Of a DNA stretch of 64,000 nt, positions 25,449 to 40,500 are shown piece by piece. Position numbers and translations under genes: made by a program. Below the pieces are notes generated by a model that did not search any database, was not told where the DNA came from, and was given only the letters and a program-made list of their open reading frames with translations. Every line of letters starts with the position of its first letter. Position 1 is the stretch's first letter. This stretch comes from Botryllus schlosseri (Eukaryota), in the NCBI GenBank assembly GCA_051294905.1, contig CM119373.1, positions 3,226,001 through 3,290,000 of the forward strand, written 5' to 3'.

Positions 25449-28110
25449 TACCACATGATTCGTATGCTGCGGTACGACCAATCGAGGTTTCAAGGCTTCC
25501 ACAGTAGACCTGTGTTTCCAGCACCAAATCCGCATTATTTCTGCATAGATGTTTTTATACACATCTGCATATATCTTTACATATATTTAATAATCAGAGG
25601 TAGTCAGTCACGAAGTGTCTCTACCTTTTGGGTAAGAATACAAACTGTTTTCGCTACGAATGTAATACCGACATTGTGGGAATTCGGTCACTTGTGCACT
25701 ACTGACTTGGTATAGTATGGTGATCATGTGTAGAAGGTAAACATTTAAAATGTGTTACTTGTTATTTTGAGAAAAGCTGAAACCAAACGAACCTAGATAT
25801 CCTTGAAGATAGACGCTACAATCTGAATAACTTTCAGTCCCATCGAATACTCATAGTTTTATGTCTCGTTATCCGGGAGAGAAATTGCATCAATATACCC
25901 TTACGACCTGACACTGATACCAATACGCAACTATGCCGCAAGCAGAATGTAGCATTGAACTGGGATAGTGCAAAATTTCTTATCTGCGTTACGGTACAAG
26001 CATAGTGGGATCTCTTTATGATTCTAAACACGATCTATACATGTTCTTTACCTTATTCCAAGATCAACGTTAAATCTCCAACGAAACCGTGAAGCAAATG
26101 CAAGTATTTTCAGTGTTGCGTCTACGGCAAGATACGGCTTAACATAACAGTAGTTTTACCTGTGTTATATTTGTATTATGTGTAAGTGGTAGTCTTAACT
26201 TGCGCGTTGTAATGACTAACGAGTATCCACGGTTGCACAAGTGACTTTATGTAAAGATAGTCATTGATACGGATACAGTTTGAAAATGCGCATACTTTCA
26301 ATGCATAGGGGAGGGGTATTGTAATCAACACTATACCACAGTGGCCTCTGGTTGGCATTGGTCGATGAACATTGAACTATCACGCGTCCGCCAGCAAGCT
26401 ATGTTTTGAATGAAATGTTGGGAATGCGGCTATATATTTAAAACAAAATCGATGTAACGCTTAAAGCAAGTCATCGGTCGTCGCTAAGCAAATTGCGATC
26501 CCTTCCTCATGCAATTCAAATGTACTTTAATAGCCCAGTTTGAGTTGTCTGATATGATACATGATACATGCATTAGAATAAATTCAATGTTGGCAAGATG
26601 TGTACCAATGTGCACCAATATGATTACTGACTGGCAACTATCTAAAAATAAATTATCTCCCTTGACCACGACGAGAATGTGCAACAGTGAACAATGTGTG
26701 CCAGCAATCTCGAAAAGCGAAGAAGTGACACGTCACGTCGATATGAGTATGACATAGATCGATGTAATGTTATATACTTTTTCGTACAAGTACTTTAGCT
26801 GCATTAGAAATACGGTGGACTTTATAGTGTAGCGGCCCAGATTCGACCAACTGACAAACCGCTACTCGGAAGATTTATGTCTAGGATAGGAGAGATGGCC
26901 AAGTTAAAAATTGCCCAAGTTCATGTATCAGTTCCATTGCGGCAGTCCCACAAATATCAATCTGCACCCCCGTTTGAGAACCACTGAATTAGACTAATTA
27001 GAGCAGTGGTTCCCAACGTGGGCGATTTTTAGAAACAGGGGGGCAAGAATACCAAAGGGGCGACTGTTGGCGATAGGGGGGCGAAAATGTTGGAGCGTAC
27101 AGTGCGATATATTTAATTAACACGGCCAAAACAGGCACGTAAAGACGGCTTATTTTGCATATGAAGCGAATAAAGCTCAATTCAAAGGAAAGTAATCGCC
27201 GGAAACCGGTTTTCCGACTACCTAATCAGAGATAGTTGAATATTTTCAATTTCAAAGTTCGGTAATTCATATTCTAATCTTATTGGCGAAATCTGTGCAG
27301 CTGTAATTCTAATTCTATCTAATTCGGAAAAAACCCAAAATTTGCTAGTAGTCAAACGCGGCGCAGAAGGCATTAAACATCTTCAAGTGAGAAACCAATA
27401 TGAATACTATGACGTAATAATCGGAAATTAGTGACCAATGAATTCGGATCGAAACAATGGCAACAGTTGTTCATTAAGAGCCCCGACCGGGTCAGACTTA
27501 AGACTTGCTTATATCAATAATTCCACGAACTTCGTGCCAAGTGTCCGGAGCTTCGAAAAAGCGCGAATACGAAAATGGCGATGCTTAACTAGAAGGTGGG
27601 AAGAGATGAGCATCGTCCTACCGAAGCAATACAGTGACAGATTGAACTGCCACTTGAAATTGACCATGTAGTCGATATCCATAGTTGAATAGCAGTTGAA
27701 TCCGCTCAGTTTAAGACCGGATAACCCGAACATCAACTTTAATCAGCCAATATGGTTAGGAACGAAACAGAAGTAAAATTATGCGTGAAAATATCCTGTT
27801 AATTCAGACAGTTTTCCGCTTAATTCTTACACAGACCGGTAATTCCTAACATTAGGTTATGACTAGGGCAAGTTTTTGCAACTTTTGTTTTACAGCTTCC
27901 CATTTGCTCAGGACCTATGAACTATGATGTTTTAAGCTGTTGGGGGGGGGGGAGTGCAACTTTTTGCAACTTTTCTCTATTTTTGACACTAATTTCTACT
28001 GCAACGTTGATCAAATATTGCGTAAAAATGTAAAGGGGTGGTTTAAAAGCATGCTCTAAACTATTATTAGTTTGTCTATACTCTTTTATTTGCCAAACAA
28101 AGAGCTACAC

Positions 28111-28818
28111 CAGGGCCGGCCAACCCGTGGCCCGCGGGCCACATTTGGCCCGCGAGAAGGTTTTGAGTGGCCCGCGAGGTAAATTCCGAAATTTCTAATG
28201 TTATCAAAAATGGATTGCACAGAAATTGTGAACTTGTGAGGCGAACCAGGCAACATTTGAGATGTGATGACTAAAATATCAGTTCCGACGCATTGGCAGA
28301 TCCATGAACCAGTCACATTTTGGTAGATCTTCGTACACTACAATGAAGCAGATAATTTGCGATAGATTTATCAAAAGTAAATACTTTCTACACGCTTCGC
28401 GCAACATGTTGTCACTCGATTTCTTGCTTTTAATATTGTTGCCCTTTGTGAAAATAGAAGAACGCATAATGTATCAGATTGAATCTAACTATATTCACGA
28501 TTACGACACAGAGTGTTGTTCGACATATGCGACTTTGCGTTTGCACTCGCAGAAAGACCGTCGACTATGGAACCTATCTAGGTACAAAATGATTGACGTT
28601 TGTTGGTCGAAACTTCCGATATCGATATGTCCAGACGCCGATAGCCCAGTCCATGCAAACTGAGCCCGGCGATATACAGCAGGCCCACAATATAGTCAGG
28701 TGACAATATTATTGACCTGTGAACTTCAAAAAAATTTCGCGCTCCGCGCGGCTAGTGGCCCGCGCAACAGATCGTCAATCGAATGTGGCCCTTTGGCTGA
28801 AAAGGTTGGCCAGCCCTG
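28111..28818. mobile_element. hAT (Charlie-like) MITE
   Basis: TIR CAGGGCCGGCCAACC / GGTTGGCCAGCCCTG; perfect 8-bp TSD AGCTACAC; GGCCCGCG subterminal repeats. Confidence 0.9.
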
Positions 28819-30925
28819 AGCTACACTATTGGTTAGCTGCATCTCACTGATATCTATGACACGATGGATAGCAAGGAAGAAGTTGAACTACCCCTGACAA
28901 GCACCACCGAACAACACGTAAATAGATCGCTTTATAAATTCTCTCGTTTAAATTTGAGATAGTTTCCCGTGTCACGAACGGCCAAGCGAGAACGCCAAAA
29001 TTTACATATTCACTTTGTCACCTTATTCAGGCTAATGGTTTTGTTAAAGTCGTCAACAGTGAATGTTTCTGCAACGCCTTGGGTAAAGTTTGCAGACATA
29101 TGGGGTTTGAGGTGTGTTTTTTGACTTGTTTTAGCGGCTGGGTTATCGCTATGCTTTTTGACTTTTTAGGAAAAATTATTCCCGCATTTCGTAATTTCTT
29201 GCTGTGTTCCGGCAAGAAACGTAATTTTTGGCGGTCTTGCCAGAATGTCTGTGAAATGGCAAAGTAAAAAATTTGACAACTCTGCATGAACTAGGTTATA
29301 CAACGGGACCTTTCGAGTATCTCATACCCTGCTAATTAAAAATATATATAAATCCAACTTTTGTCAATATTAAGTGCAACTTTTTCACGATTTTAGTGCA
29401 ACAAAAGCTTACCCTATAGTTTTGACAGAATAAACAGTACTTCTGTCATTTTAACGCAATATGAGTGATTATGGTGAACCAGCGCTAACTACAGAACTAA
29501 CAATCGACAATGAACTCTTGTAATACTCTGTCAGCTTTAGAAAGTAATACACTAATTTTTCAATTGTCAATTGCTGCCGTATCGCGCAAATGCCATTGAT
29601 TTATTACGCAACAGTATGGCATTTTCAATGCGTTATTGTCTGCCTTTTCGCATAACGATGAAGCTAACAATTGGTTTTTCACTTAATTCGGATAAAGTCG
29701 TTTCTTCGCTTCATTAAGTCAAATGTGAGAAGAACCAAACTATTCGAATTAATCGTAGTGGACTGAATATTTGAGACGATTAAATTGAAATGAGTCTCCT
29801 GTATTCTGAGTGAAGTGTTTATGAATGCTATGCTTGGTCGGTGACTTGGAGCACAATACTGCATTCGTAACATTCCTTGATAAATCACTCATTTCCGTAT
29901 ACACATATGGACGGGAATTTGCGGCCAATAATTATAATAGTCAAACATTACCTGCTCAAATGTCCGATTCCAACTTCCTACAAACGCAGCGACGTCTTCT
30001 TTTCTTCTTTGTTCGCTATACGTCGACGGTATAGTCGACAACATACAGCTAATTGCGATACTATCTGTTTTGTTTTAGTACTGTAGGCCCTAACTGCATG
30101 TACGGGTCTTTGCTTTATTTCCGCGTTGCTATGACTATTTCCAGAGTGGAATTTGGATACATTGAAAGTCATGCGCACATCACAATCGTTGACGTATAGT
30201 TATTACAGAAATATAACATCGGCTAGTTTCATCTTTTCCTACCAGCGGCAATGATTTCGAACGATTGCTCGGTTTAATGTGGATGCAGCGGTATCTGTCG
30301 CAATGAAATCACATCATCATCTTAATCTTACCGTGATATGATGCAATTTGAACATATACATTTACATAGATAACCAGGCAATTAGACATCGCTCATTTCT
30401 ATGCTTTATATCAGGGGTGTCAAACATGCGGCTAAAGAGTGTCTGGTATATGTGTTCATTTCAAGTACCAACAGATGGATGTGCGACTGTGCGTGAACCA
30501 GGGTAAGTAAGTAACGAACCAAGGCTTACAACGCTTGCCCGTATGACTATATGCGTAACCAAGATGAATATTTTGGGGCTTTTGCAAAAATGTATATGAG
30601 TTGGAATTTTCTTCACATTGCTGTGACGCCACATAACCACTATGTCACAATCGGTTTGGTAGAATGTCGAATGCTTTGAGGGAAAAGGTCACCTAGTTAG
30701 ACTAGTTAGTGCTGGAGTGGAATCTCCTAGGCATACTTTTCGTGGAGTAGGTAGCCTACTTTCGTATGCCTTAAAACACCTCCTCCCTCAATATCTAACA
30801 ACGTGGAAAACCCATGCCTTGAATTTATACAAAGTTCACCGTTTCCATACGAATACATTCCGTATTTCATCCTCAACGCCGAATTAAAGCTTCAATATAC
30901 AGCGAACATGATCGTAATGCACGTT

Positions 30926-33900
30926 AGTAGTAGTATATATCGGTCACGAATCGCCATAGGGTTCTTATGGGCCCGCTGGTGAGGTGTCGCGACACTCGTG
31001 TTGGTGATGGCACCCTTTGTTAATGTGTATATCGTAAATTATTATATATGATGTCGTAGTTTAGTCGTGTCAAATGACCGATCGTGTTCCAACTCTTTCC
31101 TCGCTATTGATTGCTACCTGAATAATACTTTCAGATCGGATTATTCACACCGCTGTTTCGCACCTACAGAATAGTCTGCTGTTCACAGTCGCAACTTCAT
31201 CGCGATAGCACAATTTTCACACCTCGGTGTCGGTAACTTGAATAGCGACAAATTGTCACTTATTTCCACTCTAACCCTAATCCTTTGTGAAGTGAACGCT
31301 TATTCAAAAGGGTGTGATATAATTTTAAAATCCGACGACCACTCACCGGATAATGCTTCAGACATAGAAATCCCTCATACCCGCTCACAAGGTAATATTT
31401 CGGTAATTAGTTTGTCACAGAACCGTCGCAGGCGGTGATTCGAAAACCAACAATTTGTCACTTGCCCGCGATCGCTATATGTTTCACGCCTCCAGAATAG
31501 TGGCTGACTTTAGTTGCGTGATAAGATCCATGAAAATATTCAATCAATGTGTTAGTTTATCAACTTGAAATGTAACTCACTACACAAATCAAGTTGAATC
31601 GTATTTGAATGTATTGATTCGACCCAACTCAAATCCTTTGACAAATCCTATTAACGCGATCTGTTGAATCGAACGTAACCTGAATATTACTGACGCCAAC
31701 ATTCACCCGCATCGGATCATTCACACATTCCACGCCGCTGTTTTAACACTTATAGAATCAATACCAACTATCTCTAACCCGATAATATTCAATCATTTTG
31801 GTAATTTGCCAACTTTAAATCCATTCGCGGGATGTACTAAAGGTAAATCCAAATAATCCAGAATGAAATATTTGGACTTTGACATTGCGTGAATTGAAAT
31901 AGGTTTGACAAACATGACTACCAACTTTCACCCAGTCACATTTCAAGATTATACTTTGAAACAATCCTTGAAACTGACAACTCTATTCACGACTCCGTTT
32001 CCGTTTGTAAAATAGAGTTTCAGAAATACTATCACTATGACAACTCAACATTTTAACATCTCGCCATGCATAAACGAGTAAAATACAAAAACCTTGGTAA
32101 GTCAATCCGTTTGTAGTAACTCACCAAACCAAAACAAAAAGAGTCCGTATGAAAAGTAGACAAGACTACGCGAGTAATCACTACAACCCGCAAACATATC
32201 AACTCAGTTGTATCCATATCCCATATTTTTTATTCAACTGTAAGATGAAGTAATTACTACTTGGCGCGCGGTTTGTGATTAACACATTACATTTGAGTAT
32301 ACGAGATTTGAATGTCTGACCAACGTAGTTGAGAATTCTTACAATCGAACGCAGGTGTTATATTGAAAATTTTCACGAATTGACACATTGATTTTGACAT
32401 ATGAGATTTTGTAATAGTCGATCATGACTTGATTATTAAATTATGACATTATTAGACCAGGGTTGTGTTGAAGGTTATTACGATACCAACAAACTTTTCA
32501 GAAACATTGTTATTAACATATCGATTTGTAAAACTAGATTAACATGTCTGAAATGTTTTGATTGGGAAGATTAAGCCGTGTTCGTAAAAACCACGCAGCG
32601 TATTGTGGAAATCAGGAAATAATTTACAAATGTAATTGTCTCCAGTAACCAAGACTAAAGATGAAACAACAATTTTCTTTGTTGAACAATAACCGATACA
32701 ATACTTTATCGTCGTAATCTGCGGTGGGAATTGAAACACTTTCGCACATTTCCCGGTGTCAAGATATCACACTAGGTGAATTGACATATCGCCGCTTGAT
32801 TAATGCTTAATCCGTTCGCACCATTTCACACACTTTGATCATTACAAAAAACAAATTGGAATATGTTTGCTAGATGCATTCAATTCAGTTAGAAATGTCT
32901 GGTACACAACAATCGTAATATCAATGAAGTACTTGCTACACTGTAATTCACTTAACGTGTTTTGCATTGTTGTTCATTTGTAGTATTGATTGTTTTTGAA
33001 CCCCCAAATAATAATTCCCCGACATGAAACCAAACCGCTGAAAGTCATTACCCCCACAAAAACAATCTGTATGATATTCACCAAACGCATCCCGACTCAG
33101 CATGCAGAAATTATTTGTAGAGTGCATACCGACAAAGAAATCACGAACACAACCAACACCGAAAATGATAAACACGTTTCGCGTTACTATTGATACAAGT
33201 TCATTTCTATCGTCGAAATAAATGCCACCACAAAACTCAGAGCATGCAAAGGTCTTGATTGATATGAATTTCGATTTGTGTCTTATGATACCAGCAAGCA
33301 TTTTAGACATATTACGAATTGTTAAACCGAAGTCGTACGTCCGATTAATAGTTGATTGGAAACTTGTTCACGTACCTCAACCATTACAGAAAAGTATAAC
33401 ACCATTGTCCGACAATCTTTTACAAAAAGGATCGAAATCAAGTCACTCAAAGTCGTTGCCGTCACATAAACAATTTGTACGACGTTTGCTAAATGCGTCC
33501 TATAGTTAGGTGTACTAGAAATATTTGTAAAACACACTCCGAAAAAGAAATCGGCGAAAAGATATCCTACACCTAAATCTGGTAAAACCAGTTTGCACTT
33601 TTTGTTCATTAGTATGGTATCCATTTCCTTTCGTCAAAGTAGATGTAATCATAGTCACTAAAGAACTTACTCGGACGTATGCTTCAATTCTAGACATAGT
33701 TCTGATTTGTCCGACACAAGACCCAAGAACAACCCTAGTTTCAACCGAGCACACATATCCAAAATATCACACACTCCGCTATTCCTAAAGCGCAAACACC
33801 CGATACAAAATATTACTTTTTGTGATGTTGCGGCATCATCTTCACAATATCACACACAATACAAATGATGGTTATGTGTAACATGCTATCGACTTGAATC

Positions 33901-36563
33901 ACACCAACATGGAAGAGGATTTACTCACTCTTTACATAACGATATTGACCAACATCACGTCGTCGGAGTGTATCGTTTTTTCTAGATACAAACTACGCTA
34001 GTGTAGCGGAAAATAATTTAGTGTAACAAAAACAATTTTCACTCTCTTGACTTATGAAAACAACAGACGAGTCTTCATTCAATATTTTGTTTGTGTCAAC
34101 AAGTTACTTTCTATGATACGACTGATACCCGCGCGACTTTTTCAGATCACAATATGAAAGATATTTACATCACACAAAATACTCCACTTGATATTCCCAT
34201 ACTATACTAAACTGTGGAATGGTTGGTCAGACTCTACAAAATGTTTTGATATCGTTTTTCACACGAATGGTCACGCATCTAAATATTCAAATAATCCAAC
34301 ACACAACTATAGTACTTACAGAAATATCATAGTTCTTGTAACAAAGTTGTATGAATATACTATTCAATTGTATATTGAAGTTTTCTACCTCCAAGAAGAT
34401 CTTCAAAGTTGTATGTGTAGTTGTGTACAATGTATATCGTGAGTCCTACACATTCATGATATCCACCCGAGTTTGACTTTTAGTAAACACTATACCGACA
34501 TCGCGACATCTTTCAAAATTAAGATCACGGTGACTGCTTGAGAGACCTACCAATGATATTGCAGTAATACAGTTACTTCCACAAAAGAGTATGTATTCGA
34601 CTTACTTTCCACAAATCTTACACACAAATCAATCTACTTTGCTAACGAAAAGTGCTGAGTCATCACATGGTTGTCCTCACAACAATACAACTAAAACATA
34701 CTATCATACAAAACGGTCGTTATAGTTTGCACACCAACGGTACATCGTACAAGTAGCAAGTCTCGAGAATCCAGTTATTCAAAAACGTGAAAGTGTTTCT
34801 ACACCAAGTCGGTATGTTGACGAAAGCATATGTTGTAATATCATGATCGATTTGCATTCGTTGGTCACAAAATGTCACTCCTCTAAATAATTATTTTTCA
34901 CTCAAACACAAAAGCATACTTGTCACCATTCGTTTTCATCAAGCACGAGTTCACGAAACTTACTTACTACGACATGAATTGTTATTTTTATGTTGTGTAA
35001 ATAGGTAATAATTAATTTTAGTAACACTATATCAACATCATCGAGTTGTGCGAATAGATTTACACGCGGTCTTGTGGTTTTAATCGAAGTACACAGCACG
35101 GTCTAATGTAGAGCCATCTCATTGTACAGCAACTCGGTAATCGAAATGCATGCATTAAAATTTAAACAGCGATCTTGTTTCATCACGCGAAAAATATGTT
35201 CACTATCGCGATACTCTGCACAGGACGTGTAAATCCTTTTCACGCTCGTAATAGTATCCCAACGGCTACCGGCGACAACGTTTAACAACACCAACGACAC
35301 TAAACATACGATACCTACCCAAGTAAAATTTCCATTTTCACCTGGAGGTCAGCCGTTACCTGAGTAAAAATACCATTATTCTTTGGAGATTTATCGTTTA
35401 ATCAGAGTAACAATACATTTTCACTTGGGGGTCTATCGTTTCCAAGAGTAACAAGCCCCCTTTCCTTTGGAAATCTATTTTTCCCTGGGTAACAAACCTT
35501 TTTCACTTGGAAATATATTTTTTCTCTGGGTAACATACCTTTTTCACTTGGAAATATATTTTTTCCCTGAGCAACAAACCTTTTTCACTTGGAAATATAT
35601 TTTTTCCCTCAGCAACAAACCATTTTCACTTGGAAATATATTTTTTTCCCTGAGCAACAAACCATTTTCACTTGGCGGGTCGTCGTTTACCTGAGTAAAA
35701 ATATTATTTTCCTTTCGAGATCTGGCGTTTACCCAGTGTAACAATACATTTTCTCTTGGTCATCTAGCTTTTCCTAGAGTAACAAAACCATTTTCATTTT
35801 GAAATCTGACAAACACACCTGACAATTTGGTATTTTTTGTATTGACGATAGTTTGAAATAGAATGCAAGGAACAGTGACGGAAATATACACGGACTACCG
35901 GTTTCAGAGTATACCCCCATCAGTCGTATCACATCAATATCATCGGTTAACCACATACAATATGCTCTTGTACACCGAAATGCATGTTTTGGAAAATTGG
36001 ACAATAGGTTTCGACATGTCCGCGATGTCCGGGTTCGTGCTTTGGATTTTCCAGAGTCAAAATGTCTGAATAAAACACCTCCTCGACGATGGATGGTATG
36101 TGGATAACGGTGTTCGGAAAACGGTTGGATTTATGTCACCCATCGCGATAACAATTCCAGGTCGAGTTTTCCCCCGCATGTTTACTATGTTGTGTCTTTA
36201 TTGGTCAATGTGTGTCTCGACATTCAGTTTGAAATCGGAAACCCTGATAAAGTATGTAACCGGATCCGGATATCAACTCTGAATCGATAAACCAATGAAC
36301 AATATTCAAAGTAAACATGTTACACCCTGTGTTTCCACGAAAAAATACCATCCAGACATACGTCGCGCTTGTTTGCCCACACCAGTATATGCGTAATGGG
36401 GTGTGTGACATTGCATGCAATGTGTTGGTATACAAACATCGGGGAGTAAGCCTTCGATCCACAGACATTATCATAGCCGGTAATTTTGATGCAGATCGAA
36501 TGTCATCAAGCACACCCGATAACAATGTCATACCAATAAGCCACATTGCAATGACTCTGAGTC
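30926..36563 (+). repeat. Left arm of palindrome 2 (5638 bp; lacks a 689-bp subterminal block)
   Basis: Reverse complement of 37517-43845 except 43069-43757; mirrored ORF pairs (e.g. 32948-/40772+). Confidence 0.96.
35410..35760. repeat. Same ~38-39-bp minisatellite in copy 2; mirrored at ~38320-38670
   Basis: TTTTCACTTGGAAATATATTTTTT... tandem units; fewer units than in copy 1. Confidence 0.85.
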
Positions 36564-37132
36564 CGCGCTATTAAATTGATATTTCAACACCGTTCACTGA
36601 TTTATTCGATGGTGTTATCGTGTTGTAACATTACAAGATAGTCATGACCCTATCTCCAGACGGACCACTCAGACCAATTGGATATATCGGTCAATATCCA
36701 TCGTGTTGTCGACACCGAAGTTTTCTGCTGAGACTGCAGCGTTTGACCAATGTGAACTATCGAAGTACAGTGCTCGAAATGATAGCGATCAGTCTTTCAG
36801 TCACGATGCATGGATGTCGCTACTCCCACATAACGACTCCAGATAAATATCGTGAACTGTGATTCTGCAAATCTCGGACTGATACTGTGATCCAATAAGG
36901 TGTGTTTCAGTGGAATGAAGACTGCAATCGTACACCACAATAGAACACTACCTCGTGATTTCACACGCAATCATAAAACACATCATCGTAAGGGTTCCGT
37001 TCGTCTGGTAACATTACAAAAAACGGTCGTCACCACGCGAGATCGGGATTGGTCTCGTCATATCGAGGAACAATTTGAAACGGTATCGTCACAAGGCTAT
37101 TGACGTTGATTCAGTTGGTCATATCGAAGAAC

Positions 37133-37414
37133 ATGTCAATCCGTTTTACAAAGTACCGTTTTTCAAGTTCCTGCACCATAGTGTTACGACACAGACAAGA
37201 TGCGACGGTGGAAATAATAAAACACGGAAGGCACACTTTGGTGTTATTTGACATGGATTTTACACCAGACGAACCTCACATTCGAGCGATGAATTGGAAC
37301 GCCACTTGTATTATTGACATCGAAGGGAAAGAAATGTATCGATTTATTGGTTTCGTACATATCCAACAAAAATCTGGGTATATGATTGTGCATGGTTCGC
37401 ATATTCGACTGTGA
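37133..37414 (+). CDS. Putative 93-aa protein of unknown function in the loop of palindrome 2
   Basis: MSIRFTKYRF...GYMIVHGSHIRL; colinear with 17636-17911. Confidence 0.45.
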   Translation: MSIRFTKYRFSSSCTIVLRHRQDATVEIIKHGRHTLVLFDMDFTPDEPHIRAMNWNATCIIDIEGKEMYRFIGFVHIQQKSGYMIVHGSHIRL

Positions 37415-37516
37415 ACGCTCTATTGGTATATGTTGTACAGTTCACTTTCACCGTCGTGCGAATAACCCATGTTACGGTTCCATGTTTGTGTGTGTCTGTA
37501 TGTCATACTTCAGATT

Positions 37517-40500
37517 GACTCAGAGTCATTGCAATGTGGCTTATTGGTATGACATTGTTATCGGGTGTGCTTGATGACATTCGATCTGCATCAAAATTAC
37601 CGACTATGATAATGTCTGTGGATCGAAGGCTTACTCCCCGATGTTTGTATACCAACACATTGCATGCAATGTCACACACCTCCATTTACGCGTATACTGG
37701 TGTGGGCAAACAAGCGGGACGTATGTCTGGATGGTATTTTTTCGTGGAAACACAGGGTGTAACATGTTTACTTTGAATATTGTTCATTGGTTTATCGATT
37801 CAGAGTTGATATCCGGATCCGGTTACATACTTTATCAGGGTTTCCGATTTCAAACTGAATGTCGAGACACACATTGACCAATAAAGACACAACATAGTAA
37901 ACATGCGGGGGAAAACTCGACCTGGAATTGTTATCGCGATGGGTGACATAAATCCAACCGTTTTCCGAACACCGTTATCCACATACCAACCATCGTTGAG
38001 GAGGTGTTTTATTCAGACATTTTGACTCTGGAAAATCCAAAGCACGAACCCGGACATCGCGGACATGTCGAAACCTATTGTCCAATTTTCCAAAACATGC
38101 ATTTCGGTGTACAAGAGCATATTGTATGTGGTTAACCGATGATATTGATGTGATACGACTGATGGGGGTATACTCTGAAACCGGTAGTCCGTGTATATTT
38201 CCGTCACTGTTCCTTGTATTCTATTTCAAACTATCGTCAATACAACAAATACCAAATTGTCAGGTGTGTTTGTCAGATTTCAAAATGAAAATGGTTTTGT
38301 TACTCTAAGAAAAGCTAGATGACCAAGAGAAAATGTATTGTTACACTGGGTAAACGCCAGATCTCGAAAGGAAAATAATATTTTTACTCAGGTAAACGAC
38401 GACCCGCCAAGTGAAAATGGTTTGTTGCTCAGGGAAAAAAATATATTTCCAAGTGAAAATGGTTTGTTGCTGAGGGAAAAAATATATTTCCAAGTGAAAA
38501 AGGTTTGTTGCTCAGGGAAAAAATATATTTCCAAGTGAAAAAGGTATGTTACCCAGAGAAAAAATATATTTCCAAGTGAAAAAGGTTTGTTACCCAGGGA
38601 AAAATAGATTTCCAAAGGAAAGGGGGCTTGTTACTCTTGGAAACGATAGACCCCCAAGTGAAAATGTATTGTTACTCTGATTAAACGATAAATCTCCAAA
38701 GAATAATGGTATTTTTACTCAGGTAACGGCTGACCTCCAGGTGAAAATGGAAATTTTACTTGGGTAGGTATCGTATGTTTAGTGTCGTTGGTGTTGTTAA
38801 ACGTTGTCGCCGGTAGCCGTTGGGATACTATTACGAGCGTGAAAAGGATTTACACGTCCTGTGCAGAGTATCGCGATAGTGAACATATTTTTCGCGTGAT
38901 GAAACAAGATCGCTGTTTAAATTTTAATGCATGCATTTCGATTACCGAGTTGCTGTACAATGAGATGGCTCTACATTAGACCGTGCTGTGTACTTCGATT
39001 AAAACCACAAGACCGCGTGTAAATCTATTCGCACAACTCGATGATGTTGATATAGTGTTACTAAAATTAATTATTACCTATTTACACAACATAAAAATAA
39101 CAATTCATGTCGTAGTAAGTAAGTTTCGTGAACTCGTGCTTGATGAAAACGAATGGTGACAAGTATGCTTTTGTGTTTGAGTGAAAAATAATTATTTAGA
39201 GGAGTGACATTTTGTGACCAACGAATGCAAATCGATCATGATATTACAACATATGCTTTCGTCAACATACCGACTTGGTGTAGAAACACTTTCACGTTTT
39301 TGAATAACTGGATTCTCGAGACTTGCTACTTGTACGATGTACCGTTGGTGTGCAAACTATAACGACCGTTTTGTATGATAGTATGTTTTAGTTGTATTGT
39401 TGTGAGGACAACCATGTGATGACTCAGCACTTTTCGTTAGCAAAGTAGATTGATTTGTGTGTAAGATTTGTGGAAAGTAAGTCGAATACATACTCTTTTG
39501 TGGAAGTAACTGTATTACTGCAATATCATTGGTAGGTCTCTCAAGCAGTCACCGTGATCTTAATTTTGAAAGATGTCGCGATGTCGGTATAGTGTTTACT
39601 AAAAGTCAAACTCGGGTGGATATCATGAATGTGTAGGACTCACGATATACATTGTACACAACTACACATACAACTTTGAAGATCTTCTTGGAGGTAGAAA
39701 ACTTCAATATACAATTGAATAGTATATTCATACAACTTTGTTACAAGAACTATGATATTTCTGTAAGTACTATAGTTGTGTGTTGGATTATTTGAATATT
39801 TAGATGCGTGACCATTCGTGTGAAAAACGATATCAAAACATTTTGTAGAGTCTGACCAACCATTCCACAGTTTAGTATAGTATTGGAATATCAAGTGGAG
39901 TATTTTGTGTGATGTAAATATCTTTCATATTGTGATCTGAAAAAGTCGCGCGGGTATCAGTCGTATCATAGAAAGTAACTTGTTGACACAAACAAAATAT
40001 TGAATGAAGACTCGTCTGTTGTTTTCATAAGTCAAGAGAGTGAAAATTGTTTTTGTTACACTAAATTATTTTCCGCTACACTAGCGTAGTTTGTATCTAG
40101 AAAAAACGATACACTCCGACGACGTGATGTTGGTCAATATCGTTATGTAAAGAGTGAGTAAATCCTCTTCCATGTTGGTGTGATTCAAGTCGATAGCATG
40201 TTACACATAACCATCATTTGTATTGTGTGTGATATTGTGAAGATGATGCCGCAACATCACAAAAAGTAATATTTTGTATCGGGTGTTTGCGCTTTAGGAA
40301 TAGCGGAGTGTGTGATATTTTGGATATGTGTGCTCGGTTGAAACTAGGGTTGTTCTTGGGTCTTGTGTCGGACAAATCAGAACTATGTCTAGAATTGAAG
40401 CATACGTCCGAGTAAGTTCTTTAGTGACTATGATTACATCTACTTTGACGAAAGGAAATGGATACCATACTAATGAACAAAAAGTGCAAACTGGTTTTAC

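Noticed and set aside
35467..35744. ORFs with repeated FSLGN/ENGLLL peptides
   Set aside because: Translations of the minisatellite; variable unit length breaks the frame.
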